Shown: one piece after another, positions 46,001 through 59,933 of the stretch
Position numbering within the stretch: position 1 is the first letter of the stretch
How the letters are laid out: every line of letters begins with the position of its first letter
NCBI GenBank assembly: GCA_030390025.1
Contig: CM059432.1
Location: 89,840,001-89,904,000, forward strand
Direction: 5' to 3'
Length of the DNA stretch: 64,000 bases
Source of the DNA: Squalus acanthias
Taxonomy: Eukaryota
Position numbers and translations under genes: made by a program
Notes under the pieces: model-generated
Database searches by the model: none
The model's input: the letters and a program-made list of their open reading frames with translations, nothing else
What the model was told of the DNA's origin: nothing

Positions 46001-49000
46001 TGCACTAAATCCTGAAACCTAATCAACATCCTGCTTTCGGTAGTGTCTTGCGGTAAACTTTAATTAACTCTTATTACATTGAAGAAGTCTTCAGCTGCTG
46101 TACTAACTAATCATTTACCTTCATTATAGTCTGACAGCTCGACTTGTTAATGGCTCTAATAGAACCAGCATTCATTGAATAAACCTGCAGAGTTTACTTC
46201 ATTCACATTACTTGGTGCAGAATTACACTGCTACTAAAATAATCAGCTAGAGCTGGAGCTAGTCAATTGTGTCACCCTGTTTAGCTTGACTGACATGTGT
46301 TACTTTTGTAAATAACCTTGCTAATCCCCTCCAGCAAATTATTAGTAAAAGAAATGAAAAGGTTTTAAAACAATAGCTTGTGACTCTTTATGTCAATAAA
46401 ACACAACTTTAATGAAACCATTAAAAGCATTTTATTATGGAATAGAATAGAGTGAGGCGGGCAAGTTGTAACTGTTCCTATTTAGTCAGCTATGCAGACA
46501 ATGTGGGTCTAGTTTGCAATTTACTATTGTTGTTCCTAACTATCAAAGAGGAAGGGTAGAGAGCTGAATTAATAATTATGTTGTCCATTTCTACAAGAGC
46601 CCATCGGAAGGCAGCACGTTCCCATTATTGTGTATTTCAGCTCACCAGTCAAGACGATAGCGGTTAGCGTGATGTTAGAATATCGTACTTTCACTCCAGT
46701 TGGATCTCGTGTTTCTCAGAGAAACTATTGTTGAACTATTTTGCAATATATAAAAATATAAATCACTGCAAAATCAGTTACCCATTTTTTGTAGTGGTTA
46801 TTGCAGCAATTTGTTTAAAGTTTTGATTACATTATGAATTTTGAGAGACCTCATTGATATATCAGGCTGGTGCAACAAAAGAAAATGCACCTCACAAAAA
46901 GTTTGTGTGAAAGGTGACAAATGGTGGAACCGGATGATATACAGATAAAAATACATTGACGATAATAACAAAGAAACCATGTCACCCCTTCACTATGACT
47001 CGTGGAGATAGCATTTCCGTGGAGTTCTCCTCCGTAACTTCAGCGGAATATATGGATTCTGCCAATCTCCTACCAAGGTTGTGGCGAGAGACCAGGAAAA
47101 TCCCAAACAGAATCTCCAAGTGACCAGGTTTAGCCAGCGAGTTGTTGAGGCATACAGATATAGACGAAGAAGAGCTTGGGTTCACTGCTTGGTCTATGTT
47201 GAGTCAGCTGGCGCAGCAGTACAAGTTACATAATAAGCCTTTGCGCCTCGGGTTAGAGAGGAGTAAATCAGCCGTTTCTGACCACGTTTTAGTGTTCCTT
47301 GCTGGAATTGGCATGTGTGGATATTGGATGAGGACAGTAGCGGGTTGAACTGTACAGCTCCATATGGACAAATAACATGCTGACGCTTATGACAAGACTT
47401 GCACAAATAATGGCAACTTGGGAAAAGTAGGGTGACTGGAATCATATCCCATGAAGGGGTCATCTTCACGGGAGGGGAGAAAATCAGTGACAGAAAATAA
47501 GCTAGGCCGTTGAAAATATGTTATGTAGGATGAAAACCAGCTGAAATCAGTGCATTACAATGAATGATTTGTACAAAGTGTTTTAGGCATTCAAAACATT
47601 CTTGCAAAAGAATTTTATTTAATTTTGAATGTTTGATTATGATAAGCTGCTGAATTATATGTGTACCTTTGTGCAGAGTGTTTTTGGGGGGATAATTTAA
47701 TCACTGGTTGAAGTCAAATCTCAGATGGCCATTGACCCAAATGCCTCAAAACTGGTAATATTTAATTTGTAATTATTGTATAGCTATGAATCATCATTTG
47801 TGGGCACTATATATGTTTAATATTCTAAGTATAGCTATTGCAATAAGATTTGAATTCATACATCACTCCCCAATTATTGTGGTTGCTGTTTCAGTTTTAA
47901 AAATATACACGGTACACTTTAGTCACACTGCAATATGTGCTACACTTGTATTTTTACTGGCCTAAAACCTGAACAAAGGTGTAATTTATAAACAGGATTT
48001 TGCAGTATTTGTAATGCTGTGATTACATTTTTTTAAATGTCTTTGTTCATGCTCATTTTCACATGACCTTTTTAAATTTAGGAATGATGAGAATATCTTT
48101 TTAGAAGATTACTCTAAAGCTACAATTCCAGGCAGAAATCCCTCTTCTGAATAATAGACTGACTTTTCTGGTTATTAAACACGTTCAGGTCTAACATTCC
48201 TGTTATACCTATCTTTTTAACTAGATCTGAGGCTAAAACATTGCTAATAGCTTTGGAATGCTCACTGGGGTACCTGGTCTGTGATTACATTTTATGAAGA
48301 TAATTACAGTAGAACTAGCCTTGAAGCAGGATCTGCTGGAGAACAGCTTTTGAACTCTAACATATATCGTGATTCTGGTTAGGTGGCAGTAGGAAGAGCC
48401 TTCACTGCACAGAAATGACCTGATAATTATATCAGGATCTGTTATGAACATAAATAACTATGAGTGAAAATGTCAAAACCTGTAGCAACTGGAATACTCT
48501 GCAGAAATTAGAAGCAGGAGTACAGCAGTTTTCTCACTTATTGTTCACATTATCCTTCAAAGCAATCCAAGTGACCTCTATACGTTTATGAAGGGTTGAG
48601 GTAAAATTACAGATTCTGAGTAATGATCCTTAAATAAACATGGCACTAATAATTGTTCATTCATAGTCCAGATTAATGCACTGGATCTTTGCTCCTGACT
48701 TGCAAGGACAGCATGGATTTGAGATTAGGCTGTATATGTGAAGCTGGATTGCTAACTTTACATTAAATCCTGATCAAGAGCATTTTTTTGTGGAGGGATA
48801 AAAGAATGATGCTATCAACAGACAGATGCTTGTAAAATCAGCTGCAATTTACATAACCTTCGAGTACTTTCATATTGTATACACTTTGCATTATAATACA
48901 AGATGTGATTGACTTGTAGATTAATATTTATTTAGCACAGGGAAATCAAAGCGATTAAGCAGTCATCATTTTAAATCTAATCCTTCTTTGCATGGACGAG

Positions 49001-52000
49001 ACAAAGGGAGGGTGATTAATGTATATGAGGCTGATAGAGGCACAGTGAAATTCTTCTGTTTCATCTGTACCCACTTCTGATTAAAAGAATAGTACCGCAG
49101 CTCCAAATGTAAAGCAGACTTGCATCGAGGGTACCTCACTTTCCATATGGGCCCTTGATTTTTGATTCCTACACACGTCAGATATTTAACTTGCTTGACT
49201 ACCAACTTTATTGCACCCTTTATGCTTCATGCTCCGATGATTCAATACTACAAGCTTCTTTGAGTAACATCAACAAGAATGTTGTTCAATGCAGTCAGAG
49301 TATTTAATGATACAAAGGGGAGGAAGATAAAAATGCCACGAGAAAATTATTCATCAAATGTTTTTTTTAAATTGTTAGGCTAACTATTATTACGCACTCA
49401 AAATGTAAATCTTTGTGAAGATTGGGGACCCTTACCCCAACATTATTTCTTCACTACAGATTGCAAAAAAATTACTGACTGTACCAACCCAATTTGCACT
49501 GAATGCGCATGTGTTGGAACCATGTCGAGGAAACATTGGGAAGTTAATGTGAATGCCAGAACAATTAGAACTGTGCAGTTTGCTCTATTTTGTTACAAAT
49601 GATACAGTGATTTTGTTTGCTGTAAGAACGAAGGGGGTTTTGCTATGGCAGCATTAGCCTATCAGATACTGAACTTCAAGTACATGGGGGAGCATCAGTC
49701 AGGTTGCAGGAAAAGTCTTGTTGTAACAGGAGGTTTGTAATGGCACAGTTTGTTACAATGAGGCTTGACTTATCTTTACAAATGGGTGTGGGAGGACCTT
49801 GTTCATCAGGGCTGAGCTCCTAGCAGTGTTTAAAAAATAACATTGTAGTTCATACTAAATGACTGATTTTTTTTTAAGTAGCTTTGTGGAGAAAAGTGTT
49901 AGTTTGCATTTATGTCCTTTACAATGTGATACAAACAATAACGTGTCAACCGTCTAATGTTGCTTCCAATGTGCAAAAAAAGCTGTATTTATACTTAGAA
50001 TGAAATCCATAGAAACTGTCATGCTAAGGTTGTATATGTCACATGTTGTCTGATTAGTGGTTAAAAACATCTGGTTTGATAACTTATGTAAGCATTCATG
50101 AACAGAATAAAAAAAGGCAAACTTTGACTAGCCAGGTAGCATAAGGACACAAACCTTTCCTTTATTTATCTATTTATTTATGGGTATTTATCTTTGAAAC
50201 CTTAAAGCCAATTCAGATTTAATTTTTTCACCTTTTACAAGACAGATGTATATTTTGTTTCAGTCTTCCATTCAAACTTAATTACCTTCTCCGTCTTTGT
50301 GGTGACTTGGACGGAAAGTTTTTGTCGAGTCAAAAGAGGTCGTCACACATTCTTTTGCAGTTCTCTTCATTAATTCATCCTTGCAGGAGCACTTTCTATC
50401 ATGCTGGGAAGGTAGAAGGGTGTAATAGAAGAGCCCTGAAACATCAGCAGGAAGCTCTAAGCTGGTTAATGCAGTATAATTGTCTGGACATAGACTGGCC
50501 TTTGTTTGTGCGGTTCACTTCGAATCAGCTGTAATTAACTCCAGAGTGTTTCCAGATTGCCAGCAAAAAAAATTACAGCTTTTCTGTTTTAAATTGGAGA
50601 GCTCACAAAGACATTAGCTATGCAGATTGGTTTACTTTGATTTGTTCCTTTCTTATAAGTGAAGGGTTGTGTAGTTTCTAAAAACTGTTTTCAGTTATTG
50701 TAAAATTACATAAATTTTGGGTTTTCAGTGTCCAAGAATCATTTTAAAATAGTCTTTTTCTAAGCAAATAAGTTATAAGCCCATTATTAGCCAAAATTAA
50801 AACAGCTAACAATTACATTTCGATATGTCAGTAATGCAACACGCAGTCAGCTTGTTACAATATAATTTTGTTTATATGAGTGTTCAATAGGGATATATCA
50901 CCAAAAACCTGCATCACATAGAGAGTAACAAAGAAGAACATGTGGTTGTGAGTTTCTTTTGAACAACTTCAAATGTTCTGAAAGATGGCCAATAAACTGA
51001 GAAGATAAAGGAAAATTTGCTCAGCTGAAGATTAGTTCATAATTGTTGGCCTAAGCCACATTACTCTAGATAGGAAACCTGAAGTAATCTAACATAATTA
51101 CTGCCTTTTTGTGCAAAATATGGTACCTGTATTTAAGTGCTTAAAAAGGACGAGAGCAGTAAAAAGCTGTTTAATTCAACACAATCCACGGCTAGCAAAA
51201 CATCTACTCCACCCTGCCAGTGTGTACTGCAGCTTCTAATCATGGATTCTGAAATGGACTAAAGGAAGTTATAGCACAGGATAGATTGCTTGCGACTATA
51301 TCTAATAACATTGCACATTGTGCAGAAAAACTGTCAAGAATCAATGCAGAAGTTCGTGCATTACATTTTTTCTTTTTAGATTTGAACAAAATAATACAAA
51401 ATCTAAATGTGGATTTAGCAAGTAAAGGGGCTCTTGGTGCCTGTATAATGCTGCTTTGATGGATTTTTCATCAGTCGTTTGTATGTGGCAACAAATAAAC
51501 AAGTATAATTACACTTGTGAAGGTCCATTCATTCCTTTGTCAGGATTAGATATATGTGCAGTTTTCACACTGATCCTCTCTTTTGTCTTTGCCTAACTCA
51601 GTATGACATATTGATAGAGGATTTGGTGTGGGGAAAAAGGCCACAGCAGAGACAGTGATGACCTTTAGGAAACTTGATATAATTCTGGCATAATTGTATT
51701 TATTTTTAAGAGAGTTATGTAAGTTCTAACTTTGCGTGGGTTGAACTGGTGTTTTATGTGGACAGCTTTTAACCTGTCTCTAACACTGCAAATAAAGAAC
51801 TGAAGTCAAGTAAGGGAACTAAACAGCAGATGGAAAAACAAAAGAACCAAGAACCCTATTGGTCTTTTTTTCCCAGCACTTAACAGTGTGGCAAACCTAC
51901 CATTCCTCTGCCATTATTCTCTTCCCTTGATCAGATCACGTTCTTTTTAATCACTTCTCAAACACTGTCTCACTGGAGCGGAGAAGAAGGCTGGGACAAT

Positions 52001-55000
52001 CTCAATTAAAAAACAGAGGTATAATTGGCATTTGTGATTCTAGTTCTTTGTTCCAATGGGAACTGAACATTCATTCAGTGCAGAGGCATTGCCCTATTGT
52101 TTAACATGTACACTTTTTGTCAGTTAATCTTAGTGTAGGAGTATCGATTATTTTGCTTGTAGCCATTCAACCTGTATTTGCTGAAGGAGGAAAAGAGGAG
52201 TTAGCAATTCAATCATACATAAAAGTCAGTTGTTTGTATTTAAAATGATGTTTTTGTTATTATACAAATTTGAACAGTACAATAGAAAGAATAGACATGT
52301 ACTAAGAGCAGATTGTGTTCCATAGTTGCAGGATTAAAGCTCAAGATAAAATAGTTTGCAAAAAAAGATACATTTATCTAAATTATTGGGAAATATGTTG
52401 TGGAAATTTGCAAAACACCAAAGCATGCTTGTTAAGGCTTTTAGATGTTAAAGCTTTCTTAGTTAGTGTCTGAAGAAGAACTAAGGGCTTTGATTTGGTT
52501 TGTCTGCAGAAACCATGTATGTCCAAACAGCAGGTATCAAGAATAGTGTTCAGATGTATATAGCATATTTTATAATTTATCAGTTTATAATGATTCGCTA
52601 TGTATTGCCCAGAAGCATGGAGATATTCCCCACAGAGTCATTTAGTGCTTGAAGTGTTGAGAGATGCCACATTACAAATCACAGTCTGCTGCATTTTGTC
52701 TTGTTTCATCATTGTAGAGAGATCCCCCCCCTCTATAATTGTCTTAATTGAATTGTTTTGTCTGTGTGCTTATATAATGCTTTTAATATATGTTGCTCTG
52801 CATCTTTCTGGAGCTATAGGTAGAACCATTTACAAAACAGTGAAGACATGTCATTTATCAGTGTCTGCTTTTTCAGATGATGAAATGAAATATGAGTCCT
52901 CTACATAGTACTATATGTTTTGAGCTTATTTCTGATGTAAATTATTCAGTGTTGGTGGATATTGGTGTATGTACAGTATGTGCTAACAAGAGTAGATAGT
53001 CAAGTCTGATCCTGTCTGTTCACCAAATAAAAAGCAATGTAAGGCTGCTTTATGCTGGAAATGGCAAGAGAATGCGCCACGGAGCCTATTTTGTATCTGT
53101 CCGGAGTTATCAAAAGTGGATTAAAATTGGACCTATTAAGGTTGTAAACTCCTGAGAGTGCTCAGGGTATTTGCATCTGCCTGGCGTGTTCTGTTGCCAT
53201 TTCCTATGACTGCTGGAGTACTGCATCATGTTCCAAAAACGATAGCCTAATTTCCGATACAAATATTGTTGGTGTTAAATTGCCAAATGCAGAGGTAAAT
53301 GTGCCTGTGTGTGAACTAATTAGAAAATTATTAGGTTTTCATGGTCTTTGTGTTGAGGTTCATTTCAGAAATGCTTTTTTATGCTGCATGCAAGCCATGA
53401 GCATAATTAACCTGGAGCTCATCAATGATTAAAATTACACGCTAAGCTTTATGATATTCAATTCAGAGGCAATTAGACTGTCATTTTAGCCCATCTCAGA
53501 CAGCAAAACTAATTTTAATTCATTTTCAATCTGTGTAAATCTTCTGATGTCTCTTAAACTGATCATTTCCCTCTTTGACTTAGCTGAAGAGATTAGATTT
53601 GATTAGAGCAAAAAATTTAAGCAGCTATTCTTCAATGCTTAATAGCAGATTGCATCCCCCAAGCCTTATTTAGTCAGAAGTTGTTTTAAATTAATCCCCC
53701 AAATTGCTGCATACCAAGGCATTATGCATACAACACAGAATGATCTCTGCTCTCCAAATGTTCAATAGCAGTGAGTATTTTTTATTCATGGTTATGTAGT
53801 GTGGAATTATGTTGTCTTATTGACACCGCACGTGGCAATTTTCTTAATTTTGAGAATCGTAGTATACTGGCCCCTGAAGGTATACAGTGAGCTGTACTAT
53901 CTCTTGCTCAAAGCCTTTGTCATGAATTGAAAGTGAGCACTGAAGTGGCTGACCACCCTGCTGTTGTGTATAGTGCCATCATTCTGTAAACTGGGAGATC
54001 TGCAAGGACTAGAGACACTCAGGATCTATGCAAGTCATTAATACAGTAGTTGCAGTCCAGTGGGCAATGAGGCTGAAGGATAGCAGAGTTTTCACCTTAA
54101 CTTTCCTTCTGTGCTTCACCCTGCTGTGAAATAGTGATATGGCCTTTACAAACTACATCTGTGTTTCCACTAAACGGAATATATGGGCTGTGGTGCCTGC
54201 TTTGAGAAAATGATTGAAGGATTTTCATCATCGGGGCTTTCATATGATTTGTTAAAAGATAGGAGAGAAGTTGATTGAGGTAGTAGCTGAGAGATGAGCA
54301 ACACACCAGGATTGACAACATCAAAATTGTATTTGAAACGGTGTTCATTACGTTTTGCAGTGAAAAAATTTGACTGAGTCTGATTTTCCCCAAGGATGGT
54401 AGGACTGGATGCACTAAATATTAATTTCTGTTTCTATGCCTATTGAAGTAGCTGAAGCGTGGGGAAGAATCCTGATTGGTGCTTAATCAGGGCTTGTTAG
54501 ATACCTGCTGAGGGCTCTCACATAAGGAAGATTTGAAGTAAGCTGATTTACTTGGTCAGAGGAGAAGCAAAGAAGAGCTCAATCTTTTTTTTTGTTGGCA
54601 CTATAATAATTTGCTTACTTTTCCCTCGTGCTATTGGGTTTATCTGACAAAATATGCTAAGAGTAAAAAACAGCCCATAGCAAACTTTATAATCTGAAAG
54701 CCTTTTGAAAAGATTTAGTGAAAGAGGTAAACTATCAGCTCTAGTGTTTTCTTTTTGTGCATTTATAAGAAAAATCTTGTCAGGACTGTACTTTGCAAAG
54801 GAGTCGATTAGCATTCAAGAAAATGTAATGAGGATGGTGAGAGCATAAAAGCATTGTCTTGCATTATTCAAATATTACCAAATATCTCTTGCTAGAATTT
54901 TCAAGTGAAAATCCATATTGTTGCTGTTTTTGATCTTTCCATAATACTTAAAATCTACCTTTTGACCTATTTGTGAGACTGAAGATTAAGACTCTTGTTT

Positions 55001-55509
55001 TATTATGGAGCTGCTTGTACAGAAGAGTGAAGTATTTTGGATGCGTTGCCATGTTATTTGTGTGAGTGATTACTGCTGCTGAGGCTCCAGATCATTACAA
55101 AAGCATCAGTACTGTGACAGTATGATTTCATAGGAAATTGTTTTTTGTGTATGATAGACTAGTTAATTAAAAGTTTTATACTGAAGAAATATAATATAGG
55201 TGACTATGGATTACAATATATCAAGAAATTAAATGTTGTACATGTACTTTATGAGGAGAAATAAATAATGTAACAATTTTAAATTACCACTTTTGTAAAA
55301 TGTTAAAGGCTAATATGTTTAGATCCATATATAAATTTGCAATGAAGTCCACATTATACTAGACATCAGATTTCCACAGTCTGTAAACTAGAGATGAACT
55401 ATTAGAGAATATTATTACTATTTCATAAAATGGCTTCTCTCAACTTATTTTTTGTTTATCCAGGTCCCTGACAGGCTGGATGAAATGAGATCCCCATGTA
55501 GCAATTGCC

Positions 55510-58087
55510 ATGGAAACCTGCGACTCTCCTACTATCTCTAGGCAGGAAAATGGGCATAACACATCAAAGCTATGCGGAACGACACAACTTGATAATGAGT
55601 TGCCAGAGAAAGTTGCAGGGATGGAGCCTGACAGGAAAAACAGCGCCACGGATGACAACCTGAGAACAGATGAGCACAGAAGCAAAAGCTTGTTGGATTT
55701 CAGTGTGGAGAATGCTGCCACCACTCAGGTTACCTCAGCAAAAGAGATCCCCTGCAACGAATGTGCCACTTCTTTTTCAAGTTTACAGAAATACATGGAG
55801 CATCACTGCCCAAATGCCCGCCTTCCTCTTCTGAAGGATGACAATGACAGTGAGATAAGTGAATTAGAGGATAGCGATGTGGAGAATCTGACAGGAGAGA
55901 TAGTTTACCAGCCTGATGGGTCGGCATTTATAATAGAGGACTCCAAAGACAGTGGGAAGAACGTGCAGCCAGAAATGAACAGTAAGCTCTTTTCCTCAGC
56001 ATTTTTTCTGAACTCACTCACAGCGGCTGGGGAAAAGAATGAGCAAGCAACCTCTGCACCTATGTCGTTCTACCCGCAAGTCATCAACACTTTTCATATT
56101 GCTTCATCCCTCGGGAAACCATTTCCTGCCGAACAGGCTTTCCCAAATACCTCAGCATTTGCAGGAGTCGGTCCTGTCTTGCACAGTTTTCGTGTCTACG
56201 ATGTCCGGCACAGTAGTGAGAAAGATTATCTCAGCAGTGACGGCTTGGCCAAAAACTCCTGTGTGTCCAAAGATGTTCCTAACAATGTGGACTTGTCTAA
56301 GTTTGATGGTTGTGTTAGCGATGGGAAAAGGAAACCTATTTTGATGTGTTTCTTGTGCAAGTTGTCTTTTGGCTATGTTAAGTCATTTGTAACCCATGCT
56401 GTGCATGATCATCGGATGGGCCTCAATGAAGAAGAGCAAAAGCTCCTAAATAATAAATATATCTCCGCCATCATACAGGGGATAGGCAAAGACAAGGAAC
56501 CTCTAATAAGCTTTCTGGAACCAAAAAATTCTAATTCTATTCATCCTCAGTTTTCAAGTGCAAACCTCATAGGTCCCGATCCAACCTACCGTGGTTTGTG
56601 GAGTGCATTTCATGTTGAAAACGGTGATTCTTTTCAGGCTGGCTTTGCATTCTTGAAAGGAAGTGCAAGCACTGCTGGTTCATCAGATCAGTCACTAGGG
56701 AACACCTTAGTGCACAAAGCTGAAGCAAACCTTGGGGGGCTGTCTAGTTCAGCTCTGAACACCCCAATTACCTCAGCTTCCCTCAGTCACTCATCATCTG
56801 GGTCAAACAAGTTGTCAGGGAGCAAGGACCAAGAGAGTAACTGTGAAAGAGCAAAAGAAACGTTTGTCTTGCATCCAGATGGAGAGTTCCAAATCAAAAG
56901 TGAACCTATCGAGCCAATGGATGACGATGAAGATGACACATATTCAAATGAGCTTGATGATGATGAGACATTGTTGTCAAGTGGATTAGTGGACCGTAAT
57001 GGTAGCAAAGAATTCCCTATCTCAAACCAAAGCATTTCTATGTCTCCTTTAATGCCCAGTGTGCTAAATTTAAATGAAAAGGGTACCTCTTCTTCCTCTG
57101 TGATTGTTTCTGATGATCTAGATAAGACAAAACAGCATGCAGCACATAAGGATAATTGCAGTGACAACTATAGCATTAGTGACAAGGACTTTGCAGGTGC
57201 CAGTAAAGATTGTGCCACAACCCCTCAACCAAACGACTCAACCCACAGAGATGATGATAGTCCTGGTTCTCATTACCAGCACAGCTGTAACCCCTATACA
57301 CTAGGGGCAGGTGAAAGTCCACCAGGAAGTAGTATTGAGTGTCCCAAATGTGACACGGTCCTTGGCTCATCACGCTCTTTAGGTGGCCACATGACCATGA
57401 TGCATTCACGGAATTCATGCAAGACATTGAAATGTCCCAAATGCAACTGGCACTACAAGTATCAACAAACCCTTGAGGCACATATGAAGGAAAAACACCC
57501 TGAACCTGGCAACTCTTGTGTTTATTGTAAGACTGGACAGCCTCACCCTAGGCTAGCCAGGGGTGAGAGTTACACTTGTGGCTATAAACCCTTCCGCTGT
57601 GAGGTTTGTAACTACTCTACAACTACCAAAGGCAACCTCAGTATTCATATGCAGTCAGACAAGCACCTAAACAATGTTCAAAACCTTCAGAATGGCAGTG
57701 GAGAGCAAGTGTTTGTTCATAATGCTCCAGGACCTACATCTAGCCTCAGTGGCTGTGGGACACCATCCCCATCCAAACCAAAACAAAAGCCCACCTGGCG
57801 GTGCGAGGTGTGTGATTATGAAACCAATGTGGCAAGGAACCTTCGCATCCATATGACAAGTGAAAAGCACATGCACAACATGATGCTGCTGCAGCAGAAC
57901 ATGAAACAAATCCAGCACAGCCTGCACTTGGGTCTGGCACCTGCTGAGGCCGAGCTTTACCAATACTACCTGGCCCAAAACATAGGCTTGACAGGCCTGA
58001 AACTGGAAAATCCGGCTGACCCGCAATTCATGTTAAATCCATTCCAGCTTGATCCTGCAACAGCTGCAGCTGTGGCTCCAGGACTAG
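55510..58087 (+). CDS. zfhx4: Zinc finger homeobox protein 4, first coding exon (exon begins 55464 with 46 nt of 5'UTR)
   Basis: Translation [15 protein letters not shown]...[22 protein letters not shown]...[23 protein letters not shown]...APGL is recognisable as the ZFHX4 N-terminus with C2H2 fingers. Acceptor tttgtttatccag|55464 and donor ACTAG|gtcagt after 58087 (phase 1). Confidence 0.97.
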
Positions 58088-58944
58088 GTCAGTGCTTAAT
58101 GGGATTTTTTTCTCTCATTTACAATTGTCATTTCCTAGCTTTAACTCGTTAAGGTCCAAATTGTTTGTTTATCTTTTGAACCAAGCACCCTCTTTTATGC
58201 ACTACTGGAATAAAATATTTCCTGTGAATTTCCATTGACAGTTGCTATCAGTAGAATAAAAGTAATGTTCATTAATCGTAAAATTTTTAATTACAAATAT
58301 ATATTGTCTGGTAGATGGAAGTGTCATCTTGTTTTTTACATTAGTCATATATTTTATGTTGATTTAATTTCACTGCAGTTCTCAATGTGTTAAAGTACCC
58401 AGGGTTTAATGATTGTGTTGGTGTGTAGTATAGACCGTTGTAAAGTTACTTTCATATCATTTCATTGAATTTCTGTTGGCTTTTCATACATTTAAAATAT
58501 TTTCAACATTTCAGTTGACCTTAGTTTTGTGAGACCTGATAACGTTTGTGTATCTGTTGAGATAAACGAATATTTAAAAAAAATAAAAGGCTCTGTGTAC
58601 ATATTAGTCCCTGCTAAATATGTCAGGGGTTCACACTAAGCAAAAATATAAATTCGGGCATTCAGAGTGAAAGCCCACAATGATATATCTGCGCAATTAG
58701 TAATGTTCTGACAATCCAGAAGCCCCATAGTCAGAAGATACTACTGTACTATAATTCATTTAACACTTTCCAGTATGTTCTACAGAATTTATGCGAGGCA
58801 GTTAACAATTTGGATACACTTATTGTGTTGCTGTAAAATTGGGTTTAACACCAACTCTTTTGTAGCAGAAGTAACTTCTTCGTTAAATAATATATCATTA
58901 AAAATTACATTCTTCAAATAAAAGTATTTTGGTACTCATGTGTT

Positions 58945-59061
58945 GGGAAATTCCTAGGAGCTGCTCTAGCTCTGCCAGCGTTACCTGTGTAAATGGAGTT
59001 TGTGACGCCCTTCCAGCGAAGTAATGCTGAAGTAGCGGGAGCAGCCCGCAGGAATTTTCCA
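58945..59061. mobile_element. Small fold-back MITE-like element in zfhx4 intron 2
   Basis: GGAAATTCCT..GCTGCTC..GCT..CAGCGTTAC pairs imperfectly with GTAATGCTG..AGC..GAGCAGC..AGGAATTTTCC. A similar relic lies near 47000-47105. Confidence 0.6.
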
Positions 59062-59430
59062 GTCCTAAGGTTTCTTACTGTAACTTGAATTAGCTAAGTG
59101 AAGGTAAATTGGGGCACTTATGCTCTAACTGTGCCTCAGTTTTGTTTTATTATTGATTAACTTTGATGTCTTTAAAAATACAAATTCAGGGATGACATCA
59201 TGCCCAATAGGAGTAATTAAAGCTATCTGATGAGAGAATTTAGGAGTTGAAAGGGATGATTGTAATTGATCCTGATTCAATCCTATTACAGCTTTTTATA
59301 GTTTAAGCTCCAGAGAAAGCAAACTCCTCACCAAGGCTTTATTTTACCAGTTCCTCTCTGTGTTTCTATTTCATGGTTTAGGCTTTCCTTTTCTAACAGC
59401 AAACTGTTCGCTCTGATTTTCTCTTTGCAG

Positions 59431-59933
59431 TTAATAGTGAGCTACCACCTGAAATGAGGCTTGCGAGTGGTCAACTAGTGGGTGATGACCTGTCCTTCCT
59501 TACTGCCGGAGAGATTTCACCTTACATCAATGACCCCTCACTGAAGCTGTTCCAGTGTGCTGTCTGCAACAAATTTACCACCGACAGCCTGGAGGCCCTC
59601 AGCTTGCATGTGAACAGTGAGCGTTCACTCCCTGAAGAGGAGTGGAAGGCTGTGATTGGAGACATCTACCAATGTAAGCTCTGCAACTACAACACTCAGC
59701 TGAAGGCCAACTTTCAGCTCCATTGTAAGACAGACAAACACATGCAGAAATATCAGCTGGTGGCCCACATCAGAGAAGGGGGCAAACCTAATGAGTGGAG
59801 GCTGAAGTGTGCAGCTATTGGGAATCCAGTGCATCTGAAATGCAATGCCTGTGACTATTATACTAACAGTGTGGATAAGTTGCGCCTTCATAGTACCAAC
59901 CATAGGCATGAGGCAGCAGTCAAGCTATATAAG
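59431..59933 (+). CDS. zfhx4: zfhx4 second coding exon (503 nt, C2H2 zinc fingers)
   Basis: Acceptor ttttctctttgcag|59431 restores the frame (G|TT AAT AGT GAG = [14 protein letters not shown]). Encodes FQCAVCNKF...[17 protein letters not shown]...AVKLYK. Donor AAG|gtaaga after 59933. The gene continues beyond the window. Confidence 0.96.

Noticed and set aside
56787..58026. Antisense ORFs over the zfhx4 exon
   Set aside because: Shadow ORFs of the coding strand with no independent signal.
58088..58152. C-terminal [20 protein letters not shown] of the 880-aa ORF, with AATAAA at 58209 and 58255
   Set aside because: Read-through past a good splice donor; the protein continues correctly in the next exon. 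AATAAA is expected by chance in an AT-rich intron.
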